Shown one piece after another: positions 9,305 to 18,445 of a stretch of 64,000 bases of DNA. The notes under the pieces are model-generated. The model had not been told where the DNA came from, did no database searches, and worked only from the letters and a program-made list of their open reading frames with translations. Position numbers and translations under genes: made by a program. The DNA comes from Armatimonadota bacterium (lineage in GTDB: Bacteria; Armatimonadota; UBA5829; DSUL01). Each line of letters begins with the position of its first letter. The first letter of the stretch is position 1. Location of the stretch: assembly GCA_039811685.1 (NCBI GenBank), contig JBDHZC010000004.1, forward strand, positions 267,104 through 331,103. Reading direction: 5' to 3'.

Positions 9305-10228
9305 ATGGGTAAGTTCATTTTCCTCAATGGGCAGGTGGTTCCGCACGAACAGGGCGTGGTCTCCGTATACGATCATGGATTCCTGTACGGCGATGGTGTC
9401 TTTGAGGGGATCAGGACTTACAATGGGCGCGTCTTCAAACTGGATGAGCACATCGAAAGGCTCTTCCATTCCTCGCATGCGCTGATGATTGATATTGGGA
9501 TGACTCCGCAGGAGATGCGAAACGCAATCCTCGATTTGAACAGGCGCAACGAGCAGCGAGACGGCTACAATCGCATCACGGTGACTCGCGGGGTTACTCT
9601 GGGGCTGGACCCCAAAAACTGCAAGCAGGCCACAGTCGTCATTATGAACGATGGGCTTGCTCTGTACCCGAAGCAGATGTACGAAGAGGGACTGGACGTT
9701 GTCACAGTGTCCACGCGCGTGGCTATGCCGCAGACTGTGGAGCCTCGCGTGAAGTCGCTGGGCAAGTATGTGGCGAACATCCAGGCGAAGCTGGAAGCCA
9801 ACCGTGTTCAGGCGGGTGAAGGGCTGATGCTCAATACGCACGGCTATGTTGCCGAGTGCACGGGTGACAACATCTTTCTCGTGCGTGATGGCAAAGTCAT
9901 CACGCCGCCTGCGTGGGCCGGAATTCTTCAGGGGATCACACGTAACACGGTCATGCAACTGGCCAGCGACCTTGGCTATGACGTGATTGAAGACATCTTC
10001 ACTCTCTTTGATGTGTACACGGCGCAAGAGTGCTTCCTCACTGGAACGGCCGCGGAAGTCATCCCGGTACGCTCGGTGGACGGGCGATCTATAGGCTCTG
10101 CGGCTCCTGGGCCGGTTACTGTACATCTGATGAGCGCTTTCAGGGAACTTACGAGGACCTCAGGTGTTCAAATATACGAGAGTTCGCAGGTGACTGACGA
10201 GCCTCTGTCAACAGCGCCGGTAGGGTAG
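9305..10228 (+). CDS. ilvE: Branched-chain amino acid aminotransferase (class IV PLP aminotransferase)
   Basis: Family-typical segments include MGKFIFLNGQVVPHEQGVVSVYDHGFLYGDGVFEGIR and GYVAECTGDNIFLV. I chose the ATG at 9305 rather than the track's upstream extension from 9203. Confidence 0.85.
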   Translation: MGKFIFLNGQVVPHEQGVVSVYDHGFLYGDGVFEGIRTYNGRVFKLDEHIERLFHSSHALMIDIGMTPQEMRNAILDLNRRNEQRDGYNRITVTRGVTLGLDPKNCKQATVVIMNDGLALYPKQMYEEGLDVVTVSTRVAMPQTVEPRVKSLGKYVANIQAKLEANRVQAGEGLMLNTHGYVAECTGDNIFLVRDGKVITPPAWAGILQGITRNTVMQLASDLGYDVIEDIFTLFDVYTAQECFLTGTAAEVIPVRSVDGRSIGSAAPGPVTVHLMSAFRELTRTSGVQIYESSQVTDEPLSTAPVG

Positions 10229-10280
10229 GCAGCAGGTTATTGCGCTAAGCACACCTGGAGCGCTGATAGCGAGGGTTTGA

Positions 10281-10320
10281 GAGCCGTGGAAGAAGCTTGA
10301 CTTCCGCGGCTCTTGCGTTC
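10281..10320 (+). terminator. Hairpin terminator after ilvE
   Basis: GAGCCGTGGAAG-aagcttga-CTTCCGCGGCTC forms a 12-bp stem with one G-U pair. It is followed by TTGCGTTCTGTG, a moderately T-rich tract. Confidence 0.5.
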
Positions 10321-10983
10321 TGTGGGTGTTAGTGCCCCATCTACGCGAAACGCCAGCGATCCGTGTGGACATTCCGTCCAGCGGGGAGGACAACCGTGGG
10401 GTAAGTTGCTAAGAATCTCAGGCTCTCACGCATCTCGCTGCGATTTCCAATAGCTGCAAGATCAGCCGAGGGAATCAGTATGATGCGCTAGCCGGTTGGT
10501 CGGGGGTGACTTTCTGGTTGTTCTGAGATATGCTTTGAAGATTGATTTCCAGTAACTGCGCCGCCTGAGTGTAACGGAACCTGAATCCTCCAAGCACAGT
10601 TATGTAAAGAGAAGGCTGTGTGGGATGAGACATTCCCGGCGGACTCATCATAGAGATAGTTGCCGGTGCGCAGTTGCGGTTTGGAAACTCTTCCGTTCGG
10701 ACAGATAGTCCGGGCTCGCATTGAGGAATGATAGAGTAAGTGTGAGCAGGCGACCGGGCGACGAGGCGCATGCGGGTATAGTAACAATGCCCGCGCGCTA
10801 AGGTAGGACGGATTCGGAGTCTGGGCGTCACAGCGGAAAAATGGCTGAGGCGCAATGGGAAGAGTCTAAAAGACAACGGTCTGAAAACCGATTCTAAGAG
10901 TTAACAGTGGTTAAGAAGTTTCTGGCGATGGCTACTTTAGCGCCGCCAACTGGCAACCAGCCACGAGGGGAGGTCTGACCAAA

Positions 10984-13461
10984 ATGTGGCAACGATTCAC
11001 CGAGCGAGCGCGCAGGGTTGTGTTCTTTGCGCAGGAAGAGGCGAACAGGCTCGGCGAGAACTATGTGAGCACCGAGCATCTGCTTCTGGGTCTGGTCCGT
11101 GAGAATGACAGCGTGGCCGCGAGGATTCTGGATCGACTGGGCGTGTCTCTAAGCCGCATTCGGGCGGAAGTAGAGCGTCAGGTCTCTCGTGGGGATGGCC
11201 GGCTTGGTCAGGACATGCAGCTTACACCTCGTGCAAAGCGCGTCATTGATCTGGCCTACGACGAAGCCCGCCAGCTCAACAACAACTACATCGGGACCGA
11301 GCATCTTCTGCTCGGGCTGATCAGAGAAGGTGACGGCCTGGCTGGCAGAGTGCTGCAGAAGCTGGGTGTGGACCTCGAGAGAACTCGTCGCGAGGTTATG
11401 AATCTCCAGGATACGGATACCGCTCTGTCAACAACGCGGACGCGCTCCCGGACGCCGACCCTGGATGAGTTCGGCCGTGATCTGACAGACCTGGCTCGTT
11501 CTGAAAAGTTGGACCCTGTCATCGGGCGTCACTCAGAGATCGAGCGCGTTATACAGATTTTGTCCCGTCGCACGAAGAACAACCCGTGTCTGATAGGGGA
11601 GCCGGGTGTGGGCAAGACCGCAATTGCCGAGGGCTTGGCGCAGCGGATCGCCTCCGGGGACATCCCCGAGATGCTCAAAGACCGCCGCATTGTCGCTCTC
11701 GACCTTCCGGGGCTGGTCGCTGGCACCAAGTATCGGGGTGAGTTCGAAGAGCGGATGAAGCGCGTCATTGACGAGGTTCGCAAGGCTTCCGGCGAAGTCA
11801 TCCTTTTTGTCGATGAGCTCCACACGCTGGTTGGGGCGGGAGCTGCTGAGGGCGCGATTGATGCCTCCAACATCATGAAGCCTGCGCTGGCGCGCGGTGA
11901 ATTGCAGTGTATCGGCGCAACAACGCTGGATGAATTCCGCAAGTACATCGAGCGCGACGCTGCTCTTGAGCGGCGCTTCCAGCCTGTTCAGGTGCGAGAG
12001 CCGTCTGTGGAAGACGCCATTGAGATTCTTCGCGGGCTGCGGCCGCGCTATGAAGAGCATCATGGCATCCAGATTGAGGATGAAGCTCTGGTCGCTGCCG
12101 CCCGCCTGGCGGATCGCTACATCAGCGATCGCTCTTTGCCCGACAAAGCTATCGATCTCATTGATGAGGCGGCGTCCCGCGTTCGGTTACAGCTGGCCCT
12201 GCCTCCGGTGGAGTTACGGGAAGTGAACGTTGAGCTGCAGTCCATCAGCAAAGAGCTCGCGTCACTCCCGCAGAACTCGGAGTACGAGCGAGCAGTTGAT
12301 TTACAGGCTCGCGAGCGAGAGCTGAAGGACAGGCTCTCCGACCTCAGCCGGGACTGGGATGAGCGCCGTGAGCAGATGCAGCAGACTGTCTCAGAAGACG
12401 AGATTGCGCACATTGTGTACTCGTGGACGGGTATTCCGGTCTCGCGGCTGGTAGAAGGCGAGACGGCTAAGCTGCTCAAAATGGAGGAAGTTCTGCACCA
12501 CCGGATTATCGGGCAGAACGAAGCCATCGAGGCGATCAGCCGGGCAGTGAGGCGAGCGCGCAGCGGGCTGAAAGATCCTAAGCGGCCGATGGGATCGTTC
12601 GTATTCCTCGGGCCGACTGGCGTGGGCAAGACAGAGCTTGCACGAGCGCTGGCGGAGTTCCTGTTTGACAATGAGGACAACCTCATCCGAATTGACATGT
12701 CTGAGTATATGGAGCGCTTTGCAGTCTCCAGACTGGTTGGGGCGCCTCCCGGATATGTTGGGTACGATGAGGGCGGTCAGCTCACAGAGCAGGTTCGCCG
12801 CCGCCCGTACTCGGTAATTTTGCTGGACGAGATTGAGAAGGCGCATCCTGAGGTGTTCAACATCCTTCTGCAGGTTATGGAGGACGGACGCCTGACGGAC
12901 GCTCAAGGACGAGTCGTGGACTTCAAAAACACGGTTCTGATTATGACGTCCAACATTGGGGCTCATCTGATCGCAGGAGAGTCCACGATGGGGCTGCGCA
13001 GTCTGAAGCCTGTCGGCGAAGATCAGAAGTCTTACGAGGGTATGAGGAATCGCGTGATGGAAGAGATGAAGAAGGTCTTCCGTCCGGAGTTCATCAACCG
13101 CGTGGACGAGACCATTGTGTTCCATTCGCTCAGCAAAGACGAGATCGTTCAGATTGTTGACCTGATGCTGGATCGAGTGAGAGTGCAGCTTCGCACGCAA
13201 GGGATGGAGCTGGAAATCTCCCGAGAAGTCAAGGAACTGCTGGCGGAGGAAGGCTTCGATCCGACATTTGGCGCGCGGCCTCTACGCAGAGCCGTTCAGC
13301 GTCAGATTGAAGATCCGCTGTCCGAAGAGATTCTGCTCGGCCGCTTCAGCGACGGCGATAAGATACGCGCTGAGGTGGAGGACGGCAAGATCTTCTTCAC
13401 GAAGGCGGATGCTTCTCTGGACAAGCTGGCCTCGGTTGAGGAGCAGCCATCGAAAAACTGA
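10984..13461 (+). CDS. clpC: ATP-dependent Clp protease ATP-binding subunit ClpC
   Basis: It has N-terminal Clp repeat domains ([13 protein letters not shown] and [13 protein letters not shown]). Two AAA+ modules carry Walker [10 protein letters not shown] and [19 protein letters not shown] lies upstream of the ATG. Confidence 0.95.
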   Translation: MWQRFTERARRVVFFAQEEANRLGENYVSTEHLLLGLVRENDSVAARILDRLGVSLSRIRAEVERQVSRGDGRLGQDMQLTPRAKRVIDLAYDEARQLNNNYIGTEHLLLGLIREGDGLAGRVLQKLGVDLERTRREVMNLQDTDTALSTTRTRSRTPTLDEFGRDLTDLARSEKLDPVIGRHSEIERVIQILSRRTKNNPCLIGEPGVGKTAIAEGLAQRIASGDIPEMLKDRRIVALDLPGLVAGTKYRGEFEERMKRVIDEVRKASGEVILFVDELHTLVGAGAAEGAIDASNIMKPALARGELQCIGATTLDEFRKYIERDAALERRFQPVQVREPSVEDAIEILRGLRPRYEEHHGIQIEDEALVAAARLADRYISDRSLPDKAIDLIDEAASRVRLQLALPPVELREVNVELQSISKELASLPQNSEYERAVDLQARERELKDRLSDLSRDWDERREQMQQTVSEDEIAHIVYSWTGIPVSRLVEGETAKLLKMEEVLHHRIIGQNEAIEAISRAVRRARSGLKDPKRPMGSFVFLGPTGVGKTELARALAEFLFDNEDNLIRIDMSEYMERFAVSRLVGAPPGYVGYDEGGQLTEQVRRRPYSVILLDEIEKAHPEVFNILLQVMEDGRLTDAQGRVVDFKNTVLIMTSNIGAHLIAGESTMGLRSLKPVGEDQKSYEGMRNRVMEEMKKVFRPEFINRVDETIVFHSLSKDEIVQIVDLMLDRVRVQLRTQGMELEISREVKELLAEEGFDPTFGARPLRRAVQRQIEDPLSEEILLGRFSDGDKIRAEVEDGKIFFTKADASLDKLASVEEQPSKN

Positions 13462-13508
13462 CTTGCCTGTGACCCTGAACCTGGGGTCTATGTAATCTAA
13501 CATCTGAA

Positions 13509-13538
13509 AGCAGCCCCGGCGCAAACGCCGGGGCTGCT
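13509..13538 (+). terminator. Perfect 13-bp hairpin between clpC and radA (terminator or processing/attenuation element)
   Basis: The sequence is AGCAGCCCCGGCG-caaa-CGCCGGGGCTGCT. No U-tract follows it, so it is not a canonical intrinsic terminator. Confidence 0.45.
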
Positions 13539-13612
13539 GACGTACTGGTGCGCGGTTTCGTGCTACAATCCTGCTGTTCACAGTCGCCGGAAACCGACAA
13601 CTTGTAGCTCCC

Positions 13613-14992
13613 ATGCCCAAGACAACAACCAAATTTGTATGCCAGAGTTGCGCCTATGAGTCCCCGAAATGGATGGGGCGCTGTCCTGACTGCGGTGAAT
13701 GGGCCTCTATGATTGAAGAAATCGTCACCCCCCGCACTAATGGGAAAGGCCGCACAGCCTCGGGCCACGCTCCAGCAGCCGTGCCTCTGGGTGATATTGA
13801 GCTGGCTGATCAGGATCGCACAACAACCAGCCTGCCGGAACTGGATCGTGTGCTGGGTGGAGGCCTTGTCGCCGGGTCGCTCGTTCTGATTGGAGGAGAT
13901 CCGGGCATTGGCAAATCCACGTTGCTGATGCAGGTATCTGGGAACCTGGCCAGTGGAGGCTCCAGAGTGCTCTATATCTCCGGGGAAGAGTCACCGAGGC
14001 AAATCAAATTGCGAGCGAGGCGGCTCGGCATTGTAGCAGACACCATTCACGTGAGCTCAGAAACGGATGCGAGCGCGCTGGGTGCGCTGGTCGAGACCTG
14101 TGCGGCGGACACTATTGTCGTGGACTCTATCCAGACCATGTCCGATCCGTCTTCGCCGTCTGCCGCCGGCACTGTAAGCCAGGTGCGCGGCTCAGCGTCA
14201 CTCATCGCAGAAGTCGCAAAGTCTCGCGGGATTCCGGCGTTCATCGTCGGCCATGTGACTAAAGAAGGCTCGCTTGCAGGGCCGCGAGTTCTGGAGCACA
14301 TGGTTGATACGGTGTTGTATTTCGAGGGTGAACGCGACAATGCTTATCGCATTCTACGGGCGGTCAAGAATCGTTTCGGAGCGACGGACGAAGTGGGCAT
14401 TTTCGAGATGCGCGGCGACGGATTGGCGGAAGTTCCGAATCCTTCGGCGTATCTGCTGGCGGAGCGCGACGAACACGGGTGCGGGAGCGTGGTGTGCCCG
14501 ACACTGGAGGGAACACGCCCGCTTTTGGTGGAAATCCAGGCGCTGGCCGCTCCCAGCTATTTCCCTGCGCCGCGCCGGATGGCCAGCGGAGTGGACTTCA
14601 ACCGCTTTCTGCTTGTCCTTGCTGTGCTGGAGAAGCGCGCTGGAGTATTCCTGGGAAAGTCTGATGTGTACGCGAACGTCACGGGCGGCTTGCGTCTGGT
14701 CGAGCCTGCAACGGACCTCGCTGTCGCAGTCGCGGTGGCTTCCAGCATAAAAGACGTTCCAGTGCGCCGTGGTACAGCCGTACTTGGAGAGGTTGGTCTG
14801 GCAGGAGAAGTGCGCGGTGTCTCGCAGGCCGAGCGGCGCATTCGGGAAGCGGCGCGGCTTGGTTTTGACAGAGTCATTTTGTCTCAACGCGACAAGTCTC
14901 AGATTCAGGACGGCAGGGGCGTGGAGTTGATGGGTGTGCGCTCTGTCGCTCAGGCTGTGCACCAGGCTCTGGCGGACGGATCCGGCAGCTGA
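13613..14992 (+). CDS. radA: DNA repair protein RadA/Sms
   Basis: It has a zinc ribbon (CQSCAYESPKWMGRCPDCGEW), Walker A (GDPGIGKST), the KNRFG motif (VKNRFGATDE) and a Lon-protease-like C-terminal domain. Confidence 0.95.
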   Translation: MPKTTTKFVCQSCAYESPKWMGRCPDCGEWASMIEEIVTPRTNGKGRTASGHAPAAVPLGDIELADQDRTTTSLPELDRVLGGGLVAGSLVLIGGDPGIGKSTLLMQVSGNLASGGSRVLYISGEESPRQIKLRARRLGIVADTIHVSSETDASALGALVETCAADTIVVDSIQTMSDPSSPSAAGTVSQVRGSASLIAEVAKSRGIPAFIVGHVTKEGSLAGPRVLEHMVDTVLYFEGERDNAYRILRAVKNRFGATDEVGIFEMRGDGLAEVPNPSAYLLAERDEHGCGSVVCPTLEGTRPLLVEIQALAAPSYFPAPRRMASGVDFNRFLLVLAVLEKRAGVFLGKSDVYANVTGGLRLVEPATDLAVAVAVASSIKDVPVRRGTAVLGEVGLAGEVRGVSQAERRIREAARLGFDRVILSQRDKSQIQDGRGVELMGVRSVAQAVHQALADGSGS

Positions 14993-15304
14993 TTCCGCCT
15001 GATTGCTCAAAGCGCGCAGCTGGGGCGGACGCTACGCCGCTTTTGCTGCTAAAATCACACGGTAGCCTGACACTGTCCGCTCACACGCCTGGTTCATGCA
15101 CACGGCTGTCACCAGGGAGCTGTCCGTCCATTTGTCAGGCGTCCAGGTCGTTACCAGGGTGGTTTTACAACTCTCGAAAGATTGCGTCTCTTTGAACTGC
15201 TGTCATTCTTCTGAACTCTTTGTGAAAGAGCTGGCTCTGCCCTCAGTCCAGCTCAGCATTGGGCTTCGTGGCTCATCGCCTCCAAGTAAGGTGACCTCTC
15301 GCAC

Positions 15305-16192
15305 ATGAGACCGCCTGGACCGTTGACGTTGAATAATGGCTATGTTGCGGCCTCCGTTTACTGGGCGCTGGTGGAGGATGGCCCCACTGGAGATATGACC
15401 ACGGACGCCTGCGTCGACTGGACAGCGCGTGTGGACGCCAAAATCATTGCCAAGGCTCCCGGCGTTATTGCTGGCACAGAGTTTGCTCGCGAAGCGTTCC
15501 ACCAGTGCGGTGCGCATTGCGAGCTGAAAGTTGGGGACGGTGATCGGGTCGTGCCCGGGCAGATCATTCTGGTTCTGGAGCAGCAGCCCGCTCGCTCCGT
15601 CTTGAAGGCCGAGCGCGTTGCCCTCAATTTTCTTGGACATCTCTCTGGTATTGCCACGACTACGGCTGAGTTTGTCAAAGCGTGTGAGGGCACTGGAGCC
15701 GAAATCCTCGACACAAGAAAGACGACTCCGGGGCTGAGGGTGGCAGAGAAGGCTGCTGTAAAGGCGGGTGGGGGCCAAAATCATCGCCAGGGTCTCTCAG
15801 ACGGAATTCTCATCAAAGAGAATCACATACGCGCGGCTGGCGCTATCAGCCGCGCCGTGAGTCTGGCGTTGCAGGCTGCTCCTGACGATCAGTTTGTAGA
15901 GGTTGAAGTCACCAATCTTGACGAGATGCGCGAGGCCATGGACAACGGCGCCAAAATCGTCCTGCTCGACAACATGAGTGAGGAGATGATGAGGGAGGCT
16001 GCGGCGAAAGCAAAAGAGCGCGGAGTCCGTACGGAAGCCTCGGGAAACGTCAATCTGGAGAATGTGCGCCGGATTGCGCAGACAGGTGTTGACTACATTT
16101 CTATCGGATGGCTGACGCACTCCGCCCGAGCTCTTGATCTCAGTCTCCTGGTCGAATATGAGCCACTGCCCGATGTCGTGGTTGACGTGTGA
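15305..16192 (+). CDS. nadC: Nicotinate-nucleotide pyrophosphorylase (carboxylating), quinolinate phosphoribosyltransferase
   Basis: LKAERVALNFLGHLSGIATTT, DTRKTTPGLR and GGGQNHRQGLSDGILIKENHI are typical of QPRTase. Confidence 0.9.
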   Translation: MRPPGPLTLNNGYVAASVYWALVEDGPTGDMTTDACVDWTARVDAKIIAKAPGVIAGTEFAREAFHQCGAHCELKVGDGDRVVPGQIILVLEQQPARSVLKAERVALNFLGHLSGIATTTAEFVKACEGTGAEILDTRKTTPGLRVAEKAAVKAGGGQNHRQGLSDGILIKENHIRAAGAISRAVSLALQAAPDDQFVEVEVTNLDEMREAMDNGAKIVLLDNMSEEMMREAAAKAKERGVRTEASGNVNLENVRRIAQTGVDYISIGWLTHSARALDLSLLVEYEPLPDVVVDV

Positions 16193-16956
16193 GCGACGTG
16201 TCAGCTTCTGACAAGCTGCCTGTCGAAGTCGTTCGTGTCTCCTCTATCGACTCGACCAGCAGTTATCTCGCACAGCTTGTGGCCTCCGGCGCACGTGTGG
16301 GAACTGCCGTTATTGCCGGAGAACAGACTTCAGGACGCGGCCAGCTCGGACGCCCATGGCACTCTCCCAGAGGCGCCTTTTTCCTCTCAATAGCCCTCAC
16401 CGGCGCTGATCCTCGATGCCTTGTTTTTGGGCTGCCGGTTGTTCTGGCGCGTACACTACGGTCTGTGTGCAACTTGCAGGCCGGCTGTCGTTGGCCCAAC
16501 GATATTGTCGTTGATGGCAGAAAAATCGGAGGGGTCTTGATCGAAAGCAGCGCTCGTCAAAGTGTCTGGATTGTCGGCTGCGGAGTGAACGTCAACGTTT
16601 CTGAGTTTCCTGAAGACCTGCGTGGCAGTGCGACAAGTGCGCTTATTGAGACCGGACACGTGGCGCCACTGGAGGGCGCCGATGGATTCGAAGAAGCCTT
16701 CTTCGCCCATCTCAACGAGTTCATTTGCAGTCCAGACGCCCGCCATCTGTCTGGAGTTCTAACTCTCTGGCGGAGCTTCGACACGACTGCAGGAAGTCTG
16801 GTACGCGTGAGACGGCAAGAGACAGAAGGGGTAGTGGAAGCCGTAGCAGTGGACGGGATGGGGCGTCTTGTGACAAAAGACGGTGAAGAGTTTGAGGTTG
16901 TTGTCGGTGCGAGCACACTGGAATGGCTGCGCGCCGGGCCGGCCCCTCACATCTAG
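16189..16956 (+). CDS. birA: Biotin--[acetyl-CoA-carboxylase] ligase (no N-terminal HTH)
   Basis: It carries the [12 protein letters not shown] motif. The GTG start overlaps the nadC stop (GTGTGA). At 255 aa it is a ligase-only type. Confidence 0.85.
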   Translation: MSDVSASDKLPVEVVRVSSIDSTSSYLAQLVASGARVGTAVIAGEQTSGRGQLGRPWHSPRGAFFLSIALTGADPRCLVFGLPVVLARTLRSVCNLQAGCRWPNDIVVDGRKIGGVLIESSARQSVWIVGCGVNVNVSEFPEDLRGSATSALIETGHVAPLEGADGFEEAFFAHLNEFICSPDARHLSGVLTLWRSFDTTAGSLVRVRRQETEGVVEAVAVDGMGRLVTKDGEEFEVVVGASTLEWLRAGPAPHI

Positions 16957-16979
16957 AGGATATTTTCGGAGGCTGCATT

Positions 16980-17756
16980 TTGCCAAAGCTTGTTTTGATC
17001 AGACACGGAGAGAGTACCTGGAACAAAGAAAACCGGTTCACTGGCTGGACCGATGTGGATTTGTCTCCTGCCGGGATCGACCAGGCCGTCAGCGCCGGGC
17101 GGTTGCTGCGGGATGAAGGTTTCACCTTCGATATCGCGTACACGTCCGTCCTCAAGCGCGCGATACGCACGCTGTGGCTTGTCCAGGATGAGATGGATCT
17201 GCTCTGGATTCCGGTCTACAAGTCCTGGCGGTTGAACGAGCGCCACTATGGCGATCTGCAGGGGCTGAACAAGGCGGAAACGGCAGCTAGATTTGGAGAT
17301 GAGCAGATAAAAATATGGCGCCGCAGCTACGATGTACCGCCACCTGCGCTTGATCCCTCCGACGACCGCTACCCCGGCCACGATCCGCGCTACCAGAGTC
17401 TTTCAGATGAAGAACTCCCGCTCACAGAGTGTCTGAAAGACACTGTCGCGCGCTTCCTGCCTTACTGGCACGAAACAATAGCGCCTGTAATTGCCAGCGG
17501 CAAGCGGGTCATTATTGCTGCGCACGGCAACAGCCTCCGGGCACTGGTGAAGTATCTGGACAATATCTCAGACTCGAGTATCGTGGATCTGAATATTCCC
17601 ACGGGAGTTCCGCTTGTCTATGAACTGGACGCCAACCTCAAACCCATCAGACAGAATCGCTCTGTAGAGCCACTGAGTGGCTATTATCTAGGTGATCCCG
17701 CGGCTATTGCCGCGGCTGCGGCTGCAGTGGCGGCTCAAGGGAAGGCGAAGAGCTAG
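16980..17756 (+). CDS. gpmA: 2,3-bisphosphoglycerate-dependent phosphoglycerate mutase
   Basis: It has [20 protein letters not shown] (RHGE phosphohistidine motif) and [11 protein letters not shown] chose TTG at 16980; the ATG at 16923 (track start, overlapping birA) is the alternative. Confidence 0.9.
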   Translation: MPKLVLIRHGESTWNKENRFTGWTDVDLSPAGIDQAVSAGRLLRDEGFTFDIAYTSVLKRAIRTLWLVQDEMDLLWIPVYKSWRLNERHYGDLQGLNKAETAARFGDEQIKIWRRSYDVPPPALDPSDDRYPGHDPRYQSLSDEELPLTECLKDTVARFLPYWHETIAPVIASGKRVIIAAHGNSLRALVKYLDNISDSSIVDLNIPTGVPLVYELDANLKPIRQNRSVEPLSGYYLGDPAAIAAAAAAVAAQGKAKS

Positions 17757-17828
17757 GTCTCTGGACGGAAATAGCTGTTGATGTCGGGCGCGTAAGGCGA
17801 ACCTCGCCGCTGTGAAAGACAGGACAGT

Positions 17829-18194
17829 CTACACGCCCGCCATGTCGCGGAAATAGACTATCTGCTGGAGAGCTTTTTCGTGTGAAGGGTCGATAGCCAG
17901 AACTTTCTCGAAGCCAGCCTTAGCCTCCTCGAACATTCCCAGCATGGCGTGCGTCATGGCCAGATCGCACAGGACCTCGACATTGTCGGTCGTCAGTTCT
18001 GCAGCTTTTTCCAGCTCTTCTATAGATTCGTCGAAGAGTCCCTGGAAACCGTAGACCAAGCCAAGCTGCCGATGCGCCTCCGCATTGTTCGGATCCTCAG
18101 CAATCACTTCATTGATTACGGCCACTGCGTCGTCGTAGGCGCCGTCTATTTTGTGTTGTATTGCTACGCGAAGGCGCTCCACGGTGTCCGCCAT
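17829..18194 (-). CDS. Tetratricopeptide repeat (TPR) protein
   Basis: It is 121 aa with about three TPR-like units (AEAHRQLGLVYGFQGLFDESIEELEKAAEL... and AMTHAMLGMFEEAKAGFEKVLAIDP). Confidence 0.7.
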   Translation of the reverse strand: MADTVERLRVAIQHKIDGAYDDAVAVINEVIAEDPNNAEAHRQLGLVYGFQGLFDESIEELEKAAELTTDNVEVLCDLAMTHAMLGMFEEAKAGFEKVLAIDPSHEKALQQIVYFRDMAGV

Positions 18195-18445
18195 TACCTC
18201 TGCCCGTCGCCTCTACTTTCTTGTTGCGGCTTCACACACAAACAGGCGCGATCCCAAAAGAACGGCAACTGCGGCGGCTGCCGGAGTCGAGTCAGCCTGC
18301 TACCTAGAAGTATAACACCGCAGCGCTCCCTGCATCAAGAGCAGGTCTATGTGATGTTCCTGTGCGCAACTGTGCCTGGGCCGTCGTAGCATTCTGGCTG
18401 ATGAAGGGCACTGGGCAGATCGAGGAGAAACAGCGTATCAGTGCC

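Noticed and set aside
9149-10126. 325-aa minus-strand ORF antisense to ilvE.
   Set aside because: It is a shadow ORF on the strand opposite a clearly recognisable aminotransferase, and its sequence is Arg/His-rich and low-complexity.
10502-10600. TPP-riboswitch-like fragments (GGGGGUG, CUGAGA, AACCUGAAUCC).
   Set aside because: The ACCC strand pairing with GGGG and the UAAUnCCnGCG segment are missing. The downstream gene (clpC) has no link to thiamine.
10502-10900. Possible tmRNA (ssrA): the plus strand starts GGGGGUGACUUUCUGG, reminiscent of the tmRNA 5' acceptor end.
   Set aside because: There is no T-arm (GGUUCGAnUCC-like) and no 3' ...UCCACCA complementary to the 5' end anywhere downstream. 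A permuted arrangement is also absent upstream. I found no plausible tag ORF ending in ALAA.
10640-10983. Possible RNase P RNA, because AGUCCGGGCUC (10707-10717) matches the CR-I core.
   Set aside because: Other universally conserved blocks (GGUAAGAGC-type CR-II/III and ACAGAAnCCGGCUUA CR-IV) are absent. A ~350-nt RNase P with CR-I at this position would have to extend into the clpC coding sequence.
12391-13200. 269-aa minus-strand ORF inside clpC. Similar antisense ORFs lie at 11533..12063, 19469..20137, 37327..38001, 39745..40494, 54636..55448 and 6068..6799.
   Set aside because: All are antisense to confidently identified genes and were treated as non-coding.
18362-18445. N-terminal extensions in the ORF track. 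Examples are 18362 for recQ, 9203 for ilvE, 22836 and 44190 for the GHs, 35411 for the cyclophilin, 40966, 41683, 48171, 49344, 49286 and 40665.
   Set aside because: The longest-ORF starts overlap upstream genes or terminators, or they precede obvious signal peptides and SD sequences. I chose internal starts instead, and exact starts remain unverified.
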